A stretch of DNA of 64,000 nt from Daphnia carinata (lineage: Eukaryota). Positions 13,201 to 26,202 of the stretch are shown here, one piece after another. The position numbers and the translations under genes are program-made. Location of the stretch: positions 10,912,001 through 10,976,000 of the forward strand of contig NC_081333.1 in NCBI RefSeq assembly GCF_022539665.2, given 5' to 3'. The notes under the pieces were generated by a model, which was not told where the DNA came from, made no database searches, and worked only from the letters and a program-made list of their open reading frames with translations. How positions within the stretch are numbered: position 1 is the stretch's first letter; the number at the start of each line of letters is the position of its first letter.

Positions 13201-14113
13201 ACATCCTTGATAGTTTGGATCGAAAAAAAAAAATTCTAGTGGGCCTGTACCCGCTAGATAAGAACGACATACACCAGGCTCTTAACCATATAAATAAATA
13301 TATCACGTACTTTATTATAAGGTAAAAAAAAAAAGTTTACAGTATGTGAAAGCTATTTTTCCGGGTTAATCTAAAAAAAAATTGTTAGGATTAAATATAA
13401 AAGTCCCGTTACATTAAAAAAAAAAAGAAGAAGAAGACCTTTAGCAGGTGACACTATCGTGTGGCCAAGAAATACCAACGGGCTATTCGGCAGATGACAC
13501 ATCTCTTTATATCTCTTTCGTTTCCTTCTTTTTTAGCAGACCACAAACCTCTCAACTCTTTTTCATTTCTCTTTGTTGTCACGGTGGATAAATCCCGAAG
13601 CGCCATCAGCACCACACACAATTCACGGTCGATTGAAGACCGGCCGCTTTTGCTACTATACTTTACTATCCTTCCCTTTTTTTTTTTTGCTTGCCTACGT
13701 AACTGCTGATGACATCCCACATAAATATCCGCGACACACATCTATAAAAGGGTGGATTTCGATGTTTCTTTCTTTTGTTTGTAACGAAGAAAGAGAATTT
13801 TTTTTTACACGATTGGCTATAATGTGTAAGACGCTGCGCTCTAGTTACGTATCGTGTCGTCAGCAAAGAGTCCATATACAAACACAGTAGCTAGTAGGCA
13901 AGGCTTTACAACTAGAGGCCCGGAAAAACATAAACAAAAATGGGACTCACGCCATTGGGTAAAAGGTCCTTTAATGTTCAAATAGCTTCCATCTTCGATC
14001 AGGTCGGCGAGTGTATGTGTCGGTGTAGTTCCATAACAAACGACTGGGAAATGCTGAGCCAAGCTTTGCAATGCCCGTTTTCTCATGGACAAAGGTTGAT
14101 TCAACCGCGGCAT
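10284..14113 (-). CDS. Leucine-rich-repeat (RNI-like/FBXL-type LRR) protein, ~9 exons
   Basis: Spliced reading gives MPRLNQPLSMRKRALQSL...WPSDLLEEML...NLQRLDLSYISYL...CRQLRSLDVSSTPISDRGL...CPDLQSVALT...LSRLCDLSL...WYPYDAEMM*, with repeated LxxLxL motifs and phase-compatible splice sites. Confidence 0.82.
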
Positions 14114-15447
14114 GATCGAATGTTGTCACACTGTTTTTATTTTCTGTTTTTCTTTTATGTTTGTTTGTTTGTTGGATGTTTCGCAAAGAGAATCCCTTGT
14201 CGTTTTTGGTGCTCCCAATGTTTACGATTCCTCTTGGCTGCAGGAAATTTCAACAACCACGAGCCATTGTATAGTGTTGGGTGATGAGAGCTGAATAAAA
14301 ACGCGACAACGTCACAGGCCCACACACTAAAGACTACTTTACGCTTTCATGCGAAGCAGACGACGACATTACGTGACTCATTTCGAAAAAGAAGACGCTG
14401 CTAGATCTCGAGTTAATCCACTGTGTTTCGTTCAACCATCAAAATAGGCAAATCAAGGTACATCTTCCAATACAATTCAGTTTTCATGCTTCTGATTTTC
14501 CCCAAAATTTTACAATAAGTTAAACGATAGAAATTGGGGTGGTGGGAAACACATTTGGCCGAGAAAGAGATGGATGATCTATTCATAGATTTCTAGCGCG
14601 CGTGTTCTGGGACAGGCACGTTTTTCGTCTGCTTTTCGTCGGCTATGTGGGTTTGGTGCGTCGATCAGCGAGTGTTTCGAATCGGCCGGGGTCAATATAA
14701 ATAGAATAAATAAAAGACTCACGCGACGTTTACTTTACAGTTCGTTTTTGTGTAGCTACGTGTGTTTTGTTTGGTCGGCGAAAGCAGGGTGGGGGAGGGG
14801 TAAGAATTGTTTGACAAAATGGTGGATCGATCTCCTGTCGAACATCTAGCAGCCGACACTAGTGCGAGAATATGGCGTTTGAAACAGCACACAGAAAGTG
14901 CTCTTTGCATTATTATATGTGAGTCTAACTGCTGTTTCCTCCAAGCTTTATTGCCATCATCATGTAGGAAAGAATCCATTCTTTAATAATAGTCGGGTGC
15001 ACGAGCACTTCAACAGCAAAGGCAGCAGCATCATTAGTGTGGGGAAGAGATGGAATTGCACGTTCTCCACATGATTGCTGAGGAGGCCTTTCACAATCAC
15101 CCTCTACGAAAACTCGATTTATACCTTCTGGTCCCTTTTCCTTACTGCACAAGCTTGTGTTGTTATAATAGATCTCGTTTTCTTCTTCTTTTCTTCTTCT
15201 TCTTCGTTCTTTTTTTCTCCTACCGTGATATACAATAATGGATCCACTTGAATTGTTTGGAATCCAGAGATGACTTCCTTCCGAATTGGTTAGCAGAGGC
15301 CCCCCCGCCCCCCACGAAAAGGGGTTGGGGGCCGGAATGAATGAATTCCGGTGCAAGATGCATCCGTTCTCATATCCCCAATCTCTTCGTCATTAAACAT
15401 TGTTGGGGTTATAATGGGAAATCCTCGTTCCCTTATTGTTTCCCCTC

Positions 15448-15470
15448 TGTGTGTGTGTGTGTGTGTGTGT
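15448..15470. repeat. (TG)n microsatellite
   Basis: About 11 uninterrupted TG units. Confidence 0.9.
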
Positions 15471-17823
15471 AACGATTAATATGATTTTAGCATTCAAAAC
15501 GGTCTATAACAAGGACTAAAACAACACAATCCACTTAGAGACAAAAACACAGCACGACATCGGGTACACAAAGGGACTTATAGTATTCTTTTCATTAAAA
15601 GAGGGGAGAAACAATCGATCGTTCACCTTGAATTCCGGTTCATTTTTGTCTTAGTTTTTTTGGTGAGAAGCATGACGATCATGTAGCCACGGGTAATTCC
15701 AGTGCATTATCATCATTTGCGGTTGGCTACTTTGTGTAAATAGTCTATCGGAAATACATCGATTCTTCTATCCTATTTTTTCTTCTTCTCCCCCCCCCCC
15801 CCCCCTCTTTCACACAGAGGCGTTTCAATAACCTTCTATGCCGGTTCGTTAGCGCTTGTCTAATTGAAAAAAGAAAAACATTGTACACACACATATATGC
15901 AAGAGTGCATCGCGAGAGATTTATATCTAGGCTCGGTTCCCTCTAATAATCGAATCAGCCTCTCTCCTCAGCTTGTTTTATTGAATTTCGGGATGATGGA
16001 AAAACATTAGCAAAAGCGGAGAGTACGTACCTTAAACATAGTGTATAGACGTTGCGGAGCATCTGAATCATTATACGTAGCATAGATAGGTGTACATATA
16101 CACACACACACAACAGAATCGGCTCTGCGTCTACATACGACTAGTGTATGGAGGCTATTTAGCCAACAGCCAATCAGGAAACAGAGTAATGTTTTGCTGT
16201 TGTGAAAGGTCTTTGCTGGCCGTCCGTCGAACCTTTGCCCGCAAATCGATAGATGTCGAGCCGGTGTGTATGTGTGTGTTCGTGTATATGATACAAGGGC
16301 GCAGAGAGACAGACTCTATAAATACCAGCTGCGTCGTTCTTCTTCTTTTGTACATGTGTGTGTGTGTGGCTGTACGGTAGTAGTAGTACCTCTTTACATA
16401 ACGACCGACTTGAAAGCGTATGATGGCCTATTAAAACAGTGCCTGCATATGTTGCGTATGTAGACGACGGTGTGCAGCTTAAAAGGCCTGTGCTACCCTC
16501 TGCTGCTTCACGGCGTCCCGCTCGCATCGACATCTGTTAAATGAGAACAGGCGGGATAAAATAAGCGGCGTCGTTGCTCAGCCGTCGGCGGCCCATACAC
16601 GCATACACACACAACACGTTGACAGAAAAATTGGGCATCGTTTATTTCTTTTTTAGGGTAAAAAGAAAAAAAGAAAAAAACGAACGGCCTGAACGGTCCC
16701 GGAAAATCGATCGATTCACGCCGAATCGCGTCCATTTATATGTTTCTAACAAAAAGAATAACATACCAAGCGGGAAATGTCATTTTACGTGAGTGCGTGC
16801 GGCTATTTTGTGAGTCAGCTTGCTAATGGTTGTAACGGTTAATCACCGACCAAAAAAAAAAAAAAAAAAAAAAAAAAAACAGCAAAACGATTCAACGAAC
16901 TTTGTTATTAAAAATACATTTTGCGGTCTCGAATAACGATTGATTAAAATATCACACATACAAAAAAAAGAAAGAAAAAGTAACGACACCCAAAACTCGA
17001 CACGCCTAAGAATTAAAAACAAAACAAAACTGAGAGTACCGTACAGCGTTCACGTCCGCTGCAGAACGTGCGTGATGCATTATTCATCACAGCAGGTCAT
17101 TCGATGCCCTAATAGTAATACACCATTGCGTTATATCAACCGACACCACTACTTCGCCACTTCGGACCTCTCAAGTCAAACTAATGCCCCAGTCACTCAG
17201 TTGCTTCTCGAGTCCCGGAAGAGAGTTGGATGTACCGCACACACCATTAACAACGTGCCTTTTTTTTAGTGTGTTTTTCAATGTCTTTTTTTTTTTTTTT
17301 TTGTCTGAACACAGGAAGATGAGAGAAGATTTTATTTACTTTTTTTTTTCGTTCTGTTTCTAATTTGGAAAGAGAATTTTTTTTTTTTTAAATGAGTGAA
17401 AGAAAGAAAAAAGAAACAGTTCAAATGCCTTGGAAATTCGTCGCGCCAGTTGGTCAACCGGAAGAGGGCCTTGTTGTGAAAATGAATCCGCTAGTGGCGC
17501 TGTGAGCTGTGGCGCGCGCGAGCGCCACATAGAAAGAGGCAGGACACAGAGAGAATCTCATAACCGTCATCAGTTGCTTTCGACCGGTTGAGACGAGAGG
17601 TAGCATTTTTTTGTTGTTGTTAAAAACGAATTTTTTTTTTTCGTCTCCCCTCCTCCAACGAGCGAGAAAAAAAAAAAAAAGAAGGAACCGTTGGGGAAAC
17701 ATCGTGTTGGCAGCAAAACGACGAGTGTGAACGTGATTGTTTTGCGTATGGTTTTATTGTTTCTTGTTGTGTTGTGTTACATTTTAACGTTGGAGTGTGT
17801 GTCGATCGCCAAATTTTGAATCC

Positions 17824-20800
17824 ATGGCGTCGGGTGGCCATCCTCATCCTACAATGACGATGCATCCATCCTACAGTGGAGAAGAGGCCAGCAGCAGCAG
17901 TAGCCCATTAGCCGTTTGGACGGCCCAGGTGCCCGCCCTGAGTGCCAATGGCATCAATGGATCCGATTTGTGCTGGCAAATGGTCGAAAGCGGCCAACAG
18001 GCCGTTCAGCTGCAAAGGAGACGAAACAGTCAGAAGCTGTTCCACTTGGGTCGAACACTCTTGTTGAAACATCTGCCACGCGATGTCAACGAACACGTAA
18101 GCGATATTTAAAAAGACACGTTGCATGCAAAAAAAGACGAAATGTACCATCCTGTTTCCCCCTTTTTTTTTTCTTTGCTTCCTTATTTCTCTTGTTTGGG
18201 GTTTACGACCTTGGGGCCACCATCTTGACCCTCCGGGCGCACCTGGGAAGTTGCTTTAAAATGTCTCGTCATGGCCATGTGATGGAGACGGAACACTGAA
18301 GAGATTCTAGCAATCTGTCTATGTTGACCTTGACGAGCCTTTCCCCCTATGGCGGATTCCAATCTCTTTTTTTTTTAAATTTTTATATTTCGCTTTTATT
18401 CACACAACAAAAATTGCGGGGTCTCATTAAGAAACAGCATCCTCCCACCCACCATGTTGACTTTCAATCCCATCTACTGTGTCCGCCAACTATACAAATG
18501 AAGTGCACCTGAATGGGGGGTGGGGAGAAGTGAAAAGGAACGACCTAAAGTAACTCACGTCAACCTGTCCCGCGTGAACGGCTCTGCCGAGGCAGAAATA
18601 AGCAGCTGGGGGCTCACGGGAAAATTGGAAAAATCTATTTCTAGTAGGCTCCTAAAATTAGAGTTTGTCTTCAAGTTTTTTTTCTTTTTCTTCGAAAAAA
18701 AAAAAGAAGAATTGAACACTACACGCCCTAAGTGTGAGTTGGTCAAGTGAATTACTGTTTTCTATGTCTTTTTTCGGTCGGTCTTAATTGCAGACATGAG
18801 TCATCATTAGAGATATATATCGATTCACACTTCTTTAATAATGAGGATCGGTTTTCTCTCTTTTTTCTTGTTGTGATCAATCGGATTTTGCTTTTTTTTT
18901 TGTTTCTCCGTGAAAGATTGTAACGAAATTTTCGGCTGGTGGCGTCACATTCTCGTGTTCTTTTTTGATATTTGGCGCCACCGCGAAACAGACACTTCTT
19001 TTTTAGTTTATCAACAAAAGGGGGGAGAAGGGATCCCTCTTTTTATTTCTCTCTCACTGGTTCTCCATCTAATGTTATTCAATCAGCGGAATGGAAGACC
19101 CGGTTTCAGCAATAGAAAGGGGAGTACAGCAGACAAAAAAAAATGCGGGGATTCGTCTGATTGGATCCTGATGGATCACAAGGAAGTCAAGAACTTCCTG
19201 AAATTTTCGTTGTTCTTTCAAGTGTAAAGAGGGAGGGGTTAGGAAATAAAGCAAATAAAAACAAGCACTGACGATTCGAAGAGAAATGACTCGTGGCACT
19301 TTGTTGATGCCCCCCCCCTCTCCTGACTTGATGATATAGAAAAGATTGCGCAGCCATGTTTGATGTTGTGCCCAAGATGGCCCCTCCTGCCGCATTCGAA
19401 AGTCGAAGAAGCTGAGCAACATATACCCCCTTCCTATAAAAAGAAAGAAAAAAAAACTGCCATATCTTTTTTCATAAATCAGATAGAAGATGATTGTCTG
19501 CGTGAAGAGCGCGCGAGTTTTTATTTTTATTATTCGCCCCATAACGGAGACATTCCAGCGGGATTATTTTTCATTACGAGCGGCGCTCCGTTCCATTTGA
19601 TTGAACAATCAACAGACGAAATAAGGAAGGAAAAAAAAAAATTCTTGCACGACAACAATGTCCCGTCAGTCCTGTTCTCTCTTAACATTTTTCTTATATC
19701 GGCCAGTTTTCTTCCCTTTTTTTTTTTAATTCTACATATGAAGACGTGGAAATACCAAAAAAAAACACTCACGACTCTTTTTTTTTTTTTTCGAGATAAA
19801 GAAGAGGAACTCGTTTTATTTTTTCAACAGCTGGAGAAAAGCAGCAAAGGGGGATATCTCCTTTTTTCTTCTTCTTTTGGGCTCTGCTAGTCAAATCAAC
19901 GAACAACTGGGGGGGAGAAAGAAAAAGGCATCAAATAAAAAGCAAAGAGAGAGAGAGAGAGAGAAAAAAAGGACGTCTCGCTCTACTCGTTTTTGCGGCT
20001 AGTGCTGCGATGCCGTCGAGATCAATCTTCTATTCGTAGGTCTTGAGAAATCTTTTCCGGGGCATACACGCCCATCCTGTCTCTTTCGGAAGGGATACAT
20101 GTCTTGGATGTGCATATAGTCGTTCGGGGTTTGTCTATTTCCGAAAAGAGATCCCCCCCCCCCCTTTTTTTTGAGGAGTACTTGTTCGAAATTGAAATGA
20201 TGGATCTTGTACACACCGAAATTCAATCGTATTTTCGTTCGCCTTTTTTTTTTTTCTTCTTTTAAAGATGATGTACAACAAATCCTCTTATGACGTCCAT
20301 TTAAAAATGGCGCCCGGGAAGGACGACATCTGTTCCATTTTATTAGAAAAAAAAAGAAAACTTGAGCGAGTTCAAAGAGGGAAAAAAACACAACAACATT
20401 GAAATGAGGATTTTCAAATGGGAAACCACATGATCAGTTTCTTCTTTTTTTTCTGCTTGTGTTTTTTTTTCTTCTTTTCTTTGTTGATGTTGTCGGAGTG
20501 GGTGGGGTTGATCCTCTCGTGAGAAGACGTTAATCCCGTGCGTGACGGGAATGCGCCGTCCGGTCGACAGCAGCAAAAGACAACATCTAAACAAGTAGAG
20601 CTCGAATGGGAAAGAAATAAAAAAAAAAAAAGAATTGCCGACTGACTCGCATTCATCCCTCCCCTTTTTGTTTTGTCCGTCGATTTCTTTATTTATTTAT
20701 TTTTGTTTCGGACGGCCCTTTTGTAATAATGTGTTACCCTGGAGCAATGCTTTTGTTTTTGTACGAGACGGACTGCATCGTCTGGTTTTGTTTTTTTTAC

Positions 20801-23800
20801 AACAAGCGCAGAGCGATAGAGTTATAAACAAAACTGGATTTATAGAGCCATTTTCTCTCACTGCTTTTTATAACGTTAAACTTTGAATGTAATCAATGCT
20901 AGTCTTCATCCCCGACAAAATCCACAACAATTTACACGCACCGCGTAACTGTTATGAGGTTAGCTACAGATGATATTCCATCGCGTCGTACTGTCGTCAC
21001 ATACGTAGGGAAATGTGATCTTTTCTCCACACATCGTGAAAGAGAACCCGAATGTTTTTGTTCCCACCTTTTGCTCGAGTTCCACTCTCGTTTCTCTTAG
21101 GGATCTTGTTTTTTTTTTTTTTTTGAAGGGTTTTAAGATAAATACGTAAGATTTCCCTCTTTTTTTTTTCATGTCAGCGCATGCACTACCTCATTTTCTT
21201 GTACGTGTGTGCCTGCATTTCCTTTGAGATGATCATAATGACTCTCAAGGGGAGTCAGCAGAGCGTGTGTTGTGCCAAACTTTACAGATCTGTGCAGAGC
21301 TATTCGACAGAGTTTTTTTTTTTTTTTTTGCTCGTGAGGAGTGTCAACTTTTTTTTTTTTATCGAATTGATTGCTTTCGCAGTACGGCAACGAATGTTAT
21401 GACACAGATGTGCGAGAGTTTCAACTTTTTTATTTTTTCGCTCTTTACGCCATCGATCCAAAGTTGTTCCTTATCGTGAAACTTCATTTTTCGGTGTTGT
21501 GTAGATGTAAAAGATTGCGTTTGAATGGCTCATCCGAGTAAATCAGTTTGCCTGTCACATATCAATGAAAATATATAGGAAATGCGTCCCTTTTTTTTTA
21601 TTCAATAGCTTCTTTTGACTGCCGACGCCAGCTGATACTTCCTTTTTTTTTCGGTGAGGAAATGTGAAAAATGGGCAACCCCCACATCAAATTGGCATTT
21701 TTATGTTCTCTCCTATTTGACACACACACAAAAGTTCTTGGTGACATGTCAAATACTTTTGTAATATTAAGATCCGGGATTATCGATCGGGAGGTCATTT
21801 TCTCCATTGATGACGTCATCACGTCCACAGGTGGGGAATGACAAAAATCTCACGCTCTATTCACAGGATTTTTGAAGGAAAACCCCCCCTCCTGTACTCC
21901 ACCCAATCTTTCAACAAAAACAAAAATACGTGTCTAGAATAAGGTGAATAAGACGCATTTTTTTGTGCATTGCCGGTCGTATTTTTGATGGAGAAGGAAG
22001 AGGAGCGGGGGGAGGTCACATGTTTATTACAAGGTATTCTACACACACACACACACAGGCTCTGTGGCCGTCCCCCAGGCAAAGCTGGCCGTCAAGTTCC
22101 GTTACTTTTTTTTTTTTTTTTGTCTTGATTCTTTCCCCTCTGTCGAGAGGTCGTTCAACCGGGCCCCGCCGCCATGACCGTAAGAATGAAAAAAATACCT
22201 TAAAAGAAACACGCATGTAAAAAAAAAAAAAATGATTATACTCCCGAGTTTCAAAAAAACAAAAAACATCTTTGCGATAAGCATAAAAACCTTTTGTCAA
22301 TGTTAACCAGCCGACCAAAAAGAAAAAAAAAGTGAGTCTGCTACGTGTCAGACAAAGCCGTAGGTGGAGTCTAGCCTTTAGAAGACGGGATTCCCGAACG
22401 TTCTTGCGTGAAAAAAAAGATAAAAAAATTTTTGTGTGTAAAGAATACCTGGTGAGGTCACGTCCGTTCAATCACCCCTCCCCGGTTTTTTTTTTTTTTC
22501 CTAATGTGGATGTAACTCTATATTGACACGCCCACACACAACGTAGTTGATGAAATGTTGCAAGAACAAGTTTTTTTTTTTGGTTCGATACAAAAGTTCA
22601 TTGTGTTTTGTTTGTTTTTTTTTCCGGAAATGATGCCCTTCGTTAGGGTAAAGAAAGATCATTAGGATAATTAATATGGAATGGTTGACCTACTTGTCTC
22701 GGAACTGTCATCATTATTTGAGTCGTGCGACGTTGACAAAGTAGCTCGACAGAGCAGCTTTTTCTCGAAAAAAAAAAAACGCAAGAAAAATCAATACGCC
22801 ATTTATTTTCTCGAAATGTCCAATAAAGCTAATTGGATATGACGTTTGCGTTGCTAACCAATTATTTTGATGTTATCACCTACGCTCTGCTGGGGGGGGG
22901 CCGTGTTCATCTTCCAATTTAAGGAGAGAATTTTCCTCTTTCGAAACATTATGTTGAAGATGATTTCATTGTTGAGAATTTTTATGTACTAGGAACCCGT
23001 TAGCTACAGCCATAGGGCGAAAGCCACCCTTGTTTTTTAAAAACTATAAATTTATTTTTAAATCCCCCCCCCCCCCCCCTCCAAAAAAAATGAGCCATAT
23101 AGACGTCCACGGTTTAGATGATGTACGCCCCCCTTTTGTTGTTGTTTGAGTTTTGTAGAAAAACTAAAAATAATCTCCCTCTCGTTCTACCTCCCTCCTT
23201 CACCTCGTTCCGGTCGACGATAACTTCCTGGTCGTTCCAAAATTCCCTCGTTTCGTCCATTTTTTTTTTTTCTTTTACCCTTAAAAAAGAATCGGGAAAA
23301 CAATTGGAATGCATGCACGTTTTGGGTTGGGCACCATTTTGTTACACACACACAACGCAATACTTAAAAAAAAAAAGCAATAACTAAAAAAAAAACGAAC
23401 ATGTGTTGAAAAAAAAAAAAACTAACAGGAAATCAGGGACATGCTGAACGCCCGGGGACTCAAGTCGTCGAGCGTGACGTTATCGCCGTGCGGATCGGGG
23501 CCCAACTGGGCGAGGGCCGCTCCACTGGCCGCTGAAAGTCATGCGGATTTCTGGGAAGAATGGAAGCAATTGTGCCTGCGCGACAAACTGGACGCCTGCA
23601 CTATTCGCGGTCACAAGGTCTCGCTTTGTCCGTCACCCTCGGAAAACCTGCTCTGCGTCGCCCGTCTACCGCGCGACCTCCTCGACGACGAGTTTAAAGA
23701 GCTCGTCTCATCTTATGGTCCAGTTCGCCGTTGTTTCCTTCTTTACAGCGACAAAACCGGTTCGTTTCACCACGTCATTCCTTTTTATTAAAAAAAAAAA

Positions 23801-26202
23801 AAAAAAAAAAAAGAATTTTGAAACATGTCAAAAATGTTTATTTAAAAAAGAAAAAAAAAATGTAGAAAATAGACGTGAACTATTTTTGAATTGCACAGTT
23901 AGATTTTGATGGAGATTGACACACATTTATTTCTTCTTTTTTTTTATCCTCAAAAAACTGTCTGACGTTGATGATGTACAGGCGAGAGCAAAGGCTACGG
24001 ATTTGTCGAGTATCAGAGCAGAGATTGCGGCCAACGCGCGCGCTCGCAGCTGGACGGGAAATTGTACGAGGGCCAGGCATTAGCCTGCGACTGGCTCGAC
24101 TCTTCCATCGTCACGCTGGCCGGTCTCCACTCTAAACTGCTCTACGTCGATTGCCTCCCGGACGGATTCAGAGACATGAGCCAATTTAGGACGCTCTTTT
24201 CTCAAGTGGCCAATCCGCCCTACTGCCAGGTACTATATACTACACCAGCCACTATTCTTTTTTTTTTTCTTTTACTCTGTTCAGCTGCAGCAGCTGCTTG
24301 TTGCTGCGTCTGACAGACGACAGATGATGGATATACCCTAATATTTCTTTTTGAAAAATAAAAAAAAAAAAAATCTCTGCGTTATATATATATATTTATA
24401 GATTGCGCTGAAAGGTGGCGCCCCTCAAGATTGGGGTCTGGTCGAGTTCTCGCAAGCCCAAGAGGCTGAGGACACACTGCGCGTTTTGGATGGGAAACTC
24501 TTTCATAACTCACCCATCAGGGTGGCTTTCTTTATACCGGGCGTTAGAGCCATCAACATATACATGAAACTTCTGAACGACACGGTATTTTTAGTTTTGA
24601 TTTATTCAAATTTTATTTAATTTCATTTTTTTTTTCTCCATAACGTTTCATCAGTGTCAGAATAAGGGAAAAGCTGCTCTACTACCCGAGCCACCCAGCG
24701 ATACAGTCTTCCATCAGTTACAAAACCTGACCAAACAGAATCCAGCTTGTAAGTGAAGAATTCAACCATACGTGACGATGGATAATTTGCATTTTTTATT
24801 TAAAAAAAAAAAACAATTTTCTTATACATTTTATTTTATTTTTTCCATTTGTGTAGTTGTTCACAGTCTGCAGAATATCATTTTAACGCAAATTCAGCAT
24901 CTAAACAACCCGGCCAACAGCACAGGAAACTCCAACAATTGCCCGGGGGCAAGCTCGGCGGGAACGCATAATGGCGCCCAGAGGGCTCAGTCTGGTCACC
25001 AGCAATCTGGCCATCAACAGCAAGCCAGTAATGCTTCTCTAGCAGCAAGTGCCCAAGCGGCGCTGTCCATGTTACTAGCGGCCCAGCAAACTACGCAGCC
25101 GAGTCCGGCTGGCAGTACTAGTAGCAATGGTAGTCGTAGCAACCTTAGTCACGTTAGTCCTCCTCCACCTCCTCCTCAACTGCAACAGGGACCACCTTCG
25201 TGTTCCCAACCGCCACCAGCTGCTGGCGGTGGTAGTAGCAGCAGCCGAATGATTCAGTCGCAGTATGGCAACGGTTATCGACCAGCAACTGGCCAAGCCC
25301 ATCAACAGCAACAGCAGACATTCCCTTGTGGATTGATGGAAGCGCCGCCATTGAATATTAACGTACCGCCACCACCTTTCCTTTATCATCGACCACCAGA
25401 ACCCACTCGACCTCTACCTCCACCGCCTCCACCACCTCCTCCTCCTATGCAGATGCAGGAACCTGCGGCTGTCAACAACTTGCAACAAACGCTGTCGGCC
25501 CTCCTGGGTACGCTCAGTACGGCGGTACAGTCGCTCTCGCCTAACTCCAGTGTACCTCCCCTGACTCAACAACAAACGGCGGCTGGGGCTTTGCTCGGTC
25601 TCCTCCTCCAAATGGTTCAACAGCCCAACAACTCTCCATTACAGCAACAACAGCAGCAGCCGTCGCCGCTGGCTCCGCTGAGCCTGGCGACCCTGAATCA
25701 CGACACGAACGTATCGTACAGCAACCTCGGCGGCCTGCTGACGACAGCGCCACCTGGCGGTCCTTATGCGAACTACCTTCCACCTCCGTCACTCAACCAC
25801 AGCCCATCATCGTCCTCTTGTCAATCGTCGCTATCGTCGACGTCTTCTTTGGGCGCTTCCACGAATGTCGGTACGTGGAACCATATTCTAGGGCAAGTTC
25901 GTTCTCTAGGAAGTGGAGGTCCGAGTTCGTTGGGTTCGGCCGGTTCCAGGGGATCGTCCCCCACTTCGTCTTCGAGTCCGAGCACAAGCCCAGCTCGTGG
26001 TACGGCTATTTGCGTGGGCAACAATAACAACAATAACAATTTCGCGACGCCCGTTCAACAGCAGGGCACTAAACGGAAATATAATAATCACGTTTTACCA
26101 TCGCCAGAGCCTTCTCCGGAGGCCGGATATATCGGCCAACATTCTCAAGGCCTCGGCGGACACTATGCTGACTCTTATTTCAAAAGAAAGAAGCGCAACT
26201 AA
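17824..26202 (+). CDS. RAVER: Ribonucleoprotein PTB-binding protein (RAVER1/2 family); exons ~17824-18096, 23429-23758, 23982-24229, 24402-24584, 24655-24748, 24858-26202
   Basis: Three RRMs ([19 protein letters not shown]...[16 protein letters not shown]...[21 protein letters not shown]...PPYCQ), a [10 protein letters not shown] motif, and the family C-terminus KRK...[33 protein letters not shown]. Confidence 0.93.
19945..19963. repeat. (AG)n microsatellite in RAVER intron 1
   Basis: About 9 AG units. Confidence 0.8.

Noticed and set aside
16852..16879. 28-nt poly-A as a retroposon tail
   Set aside because: No target-site duplication or SINE/LINE body is visible, and homopolymers are abundant throughout this region.
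14700..23400. Dozens of 60-170 aa F/K-rich ORFs
   Set aside because: They are translations of poly-T and poly-A tracts in intergenic and intronic DNA. Only RAVER exon 1 (17824-18096) is supported.
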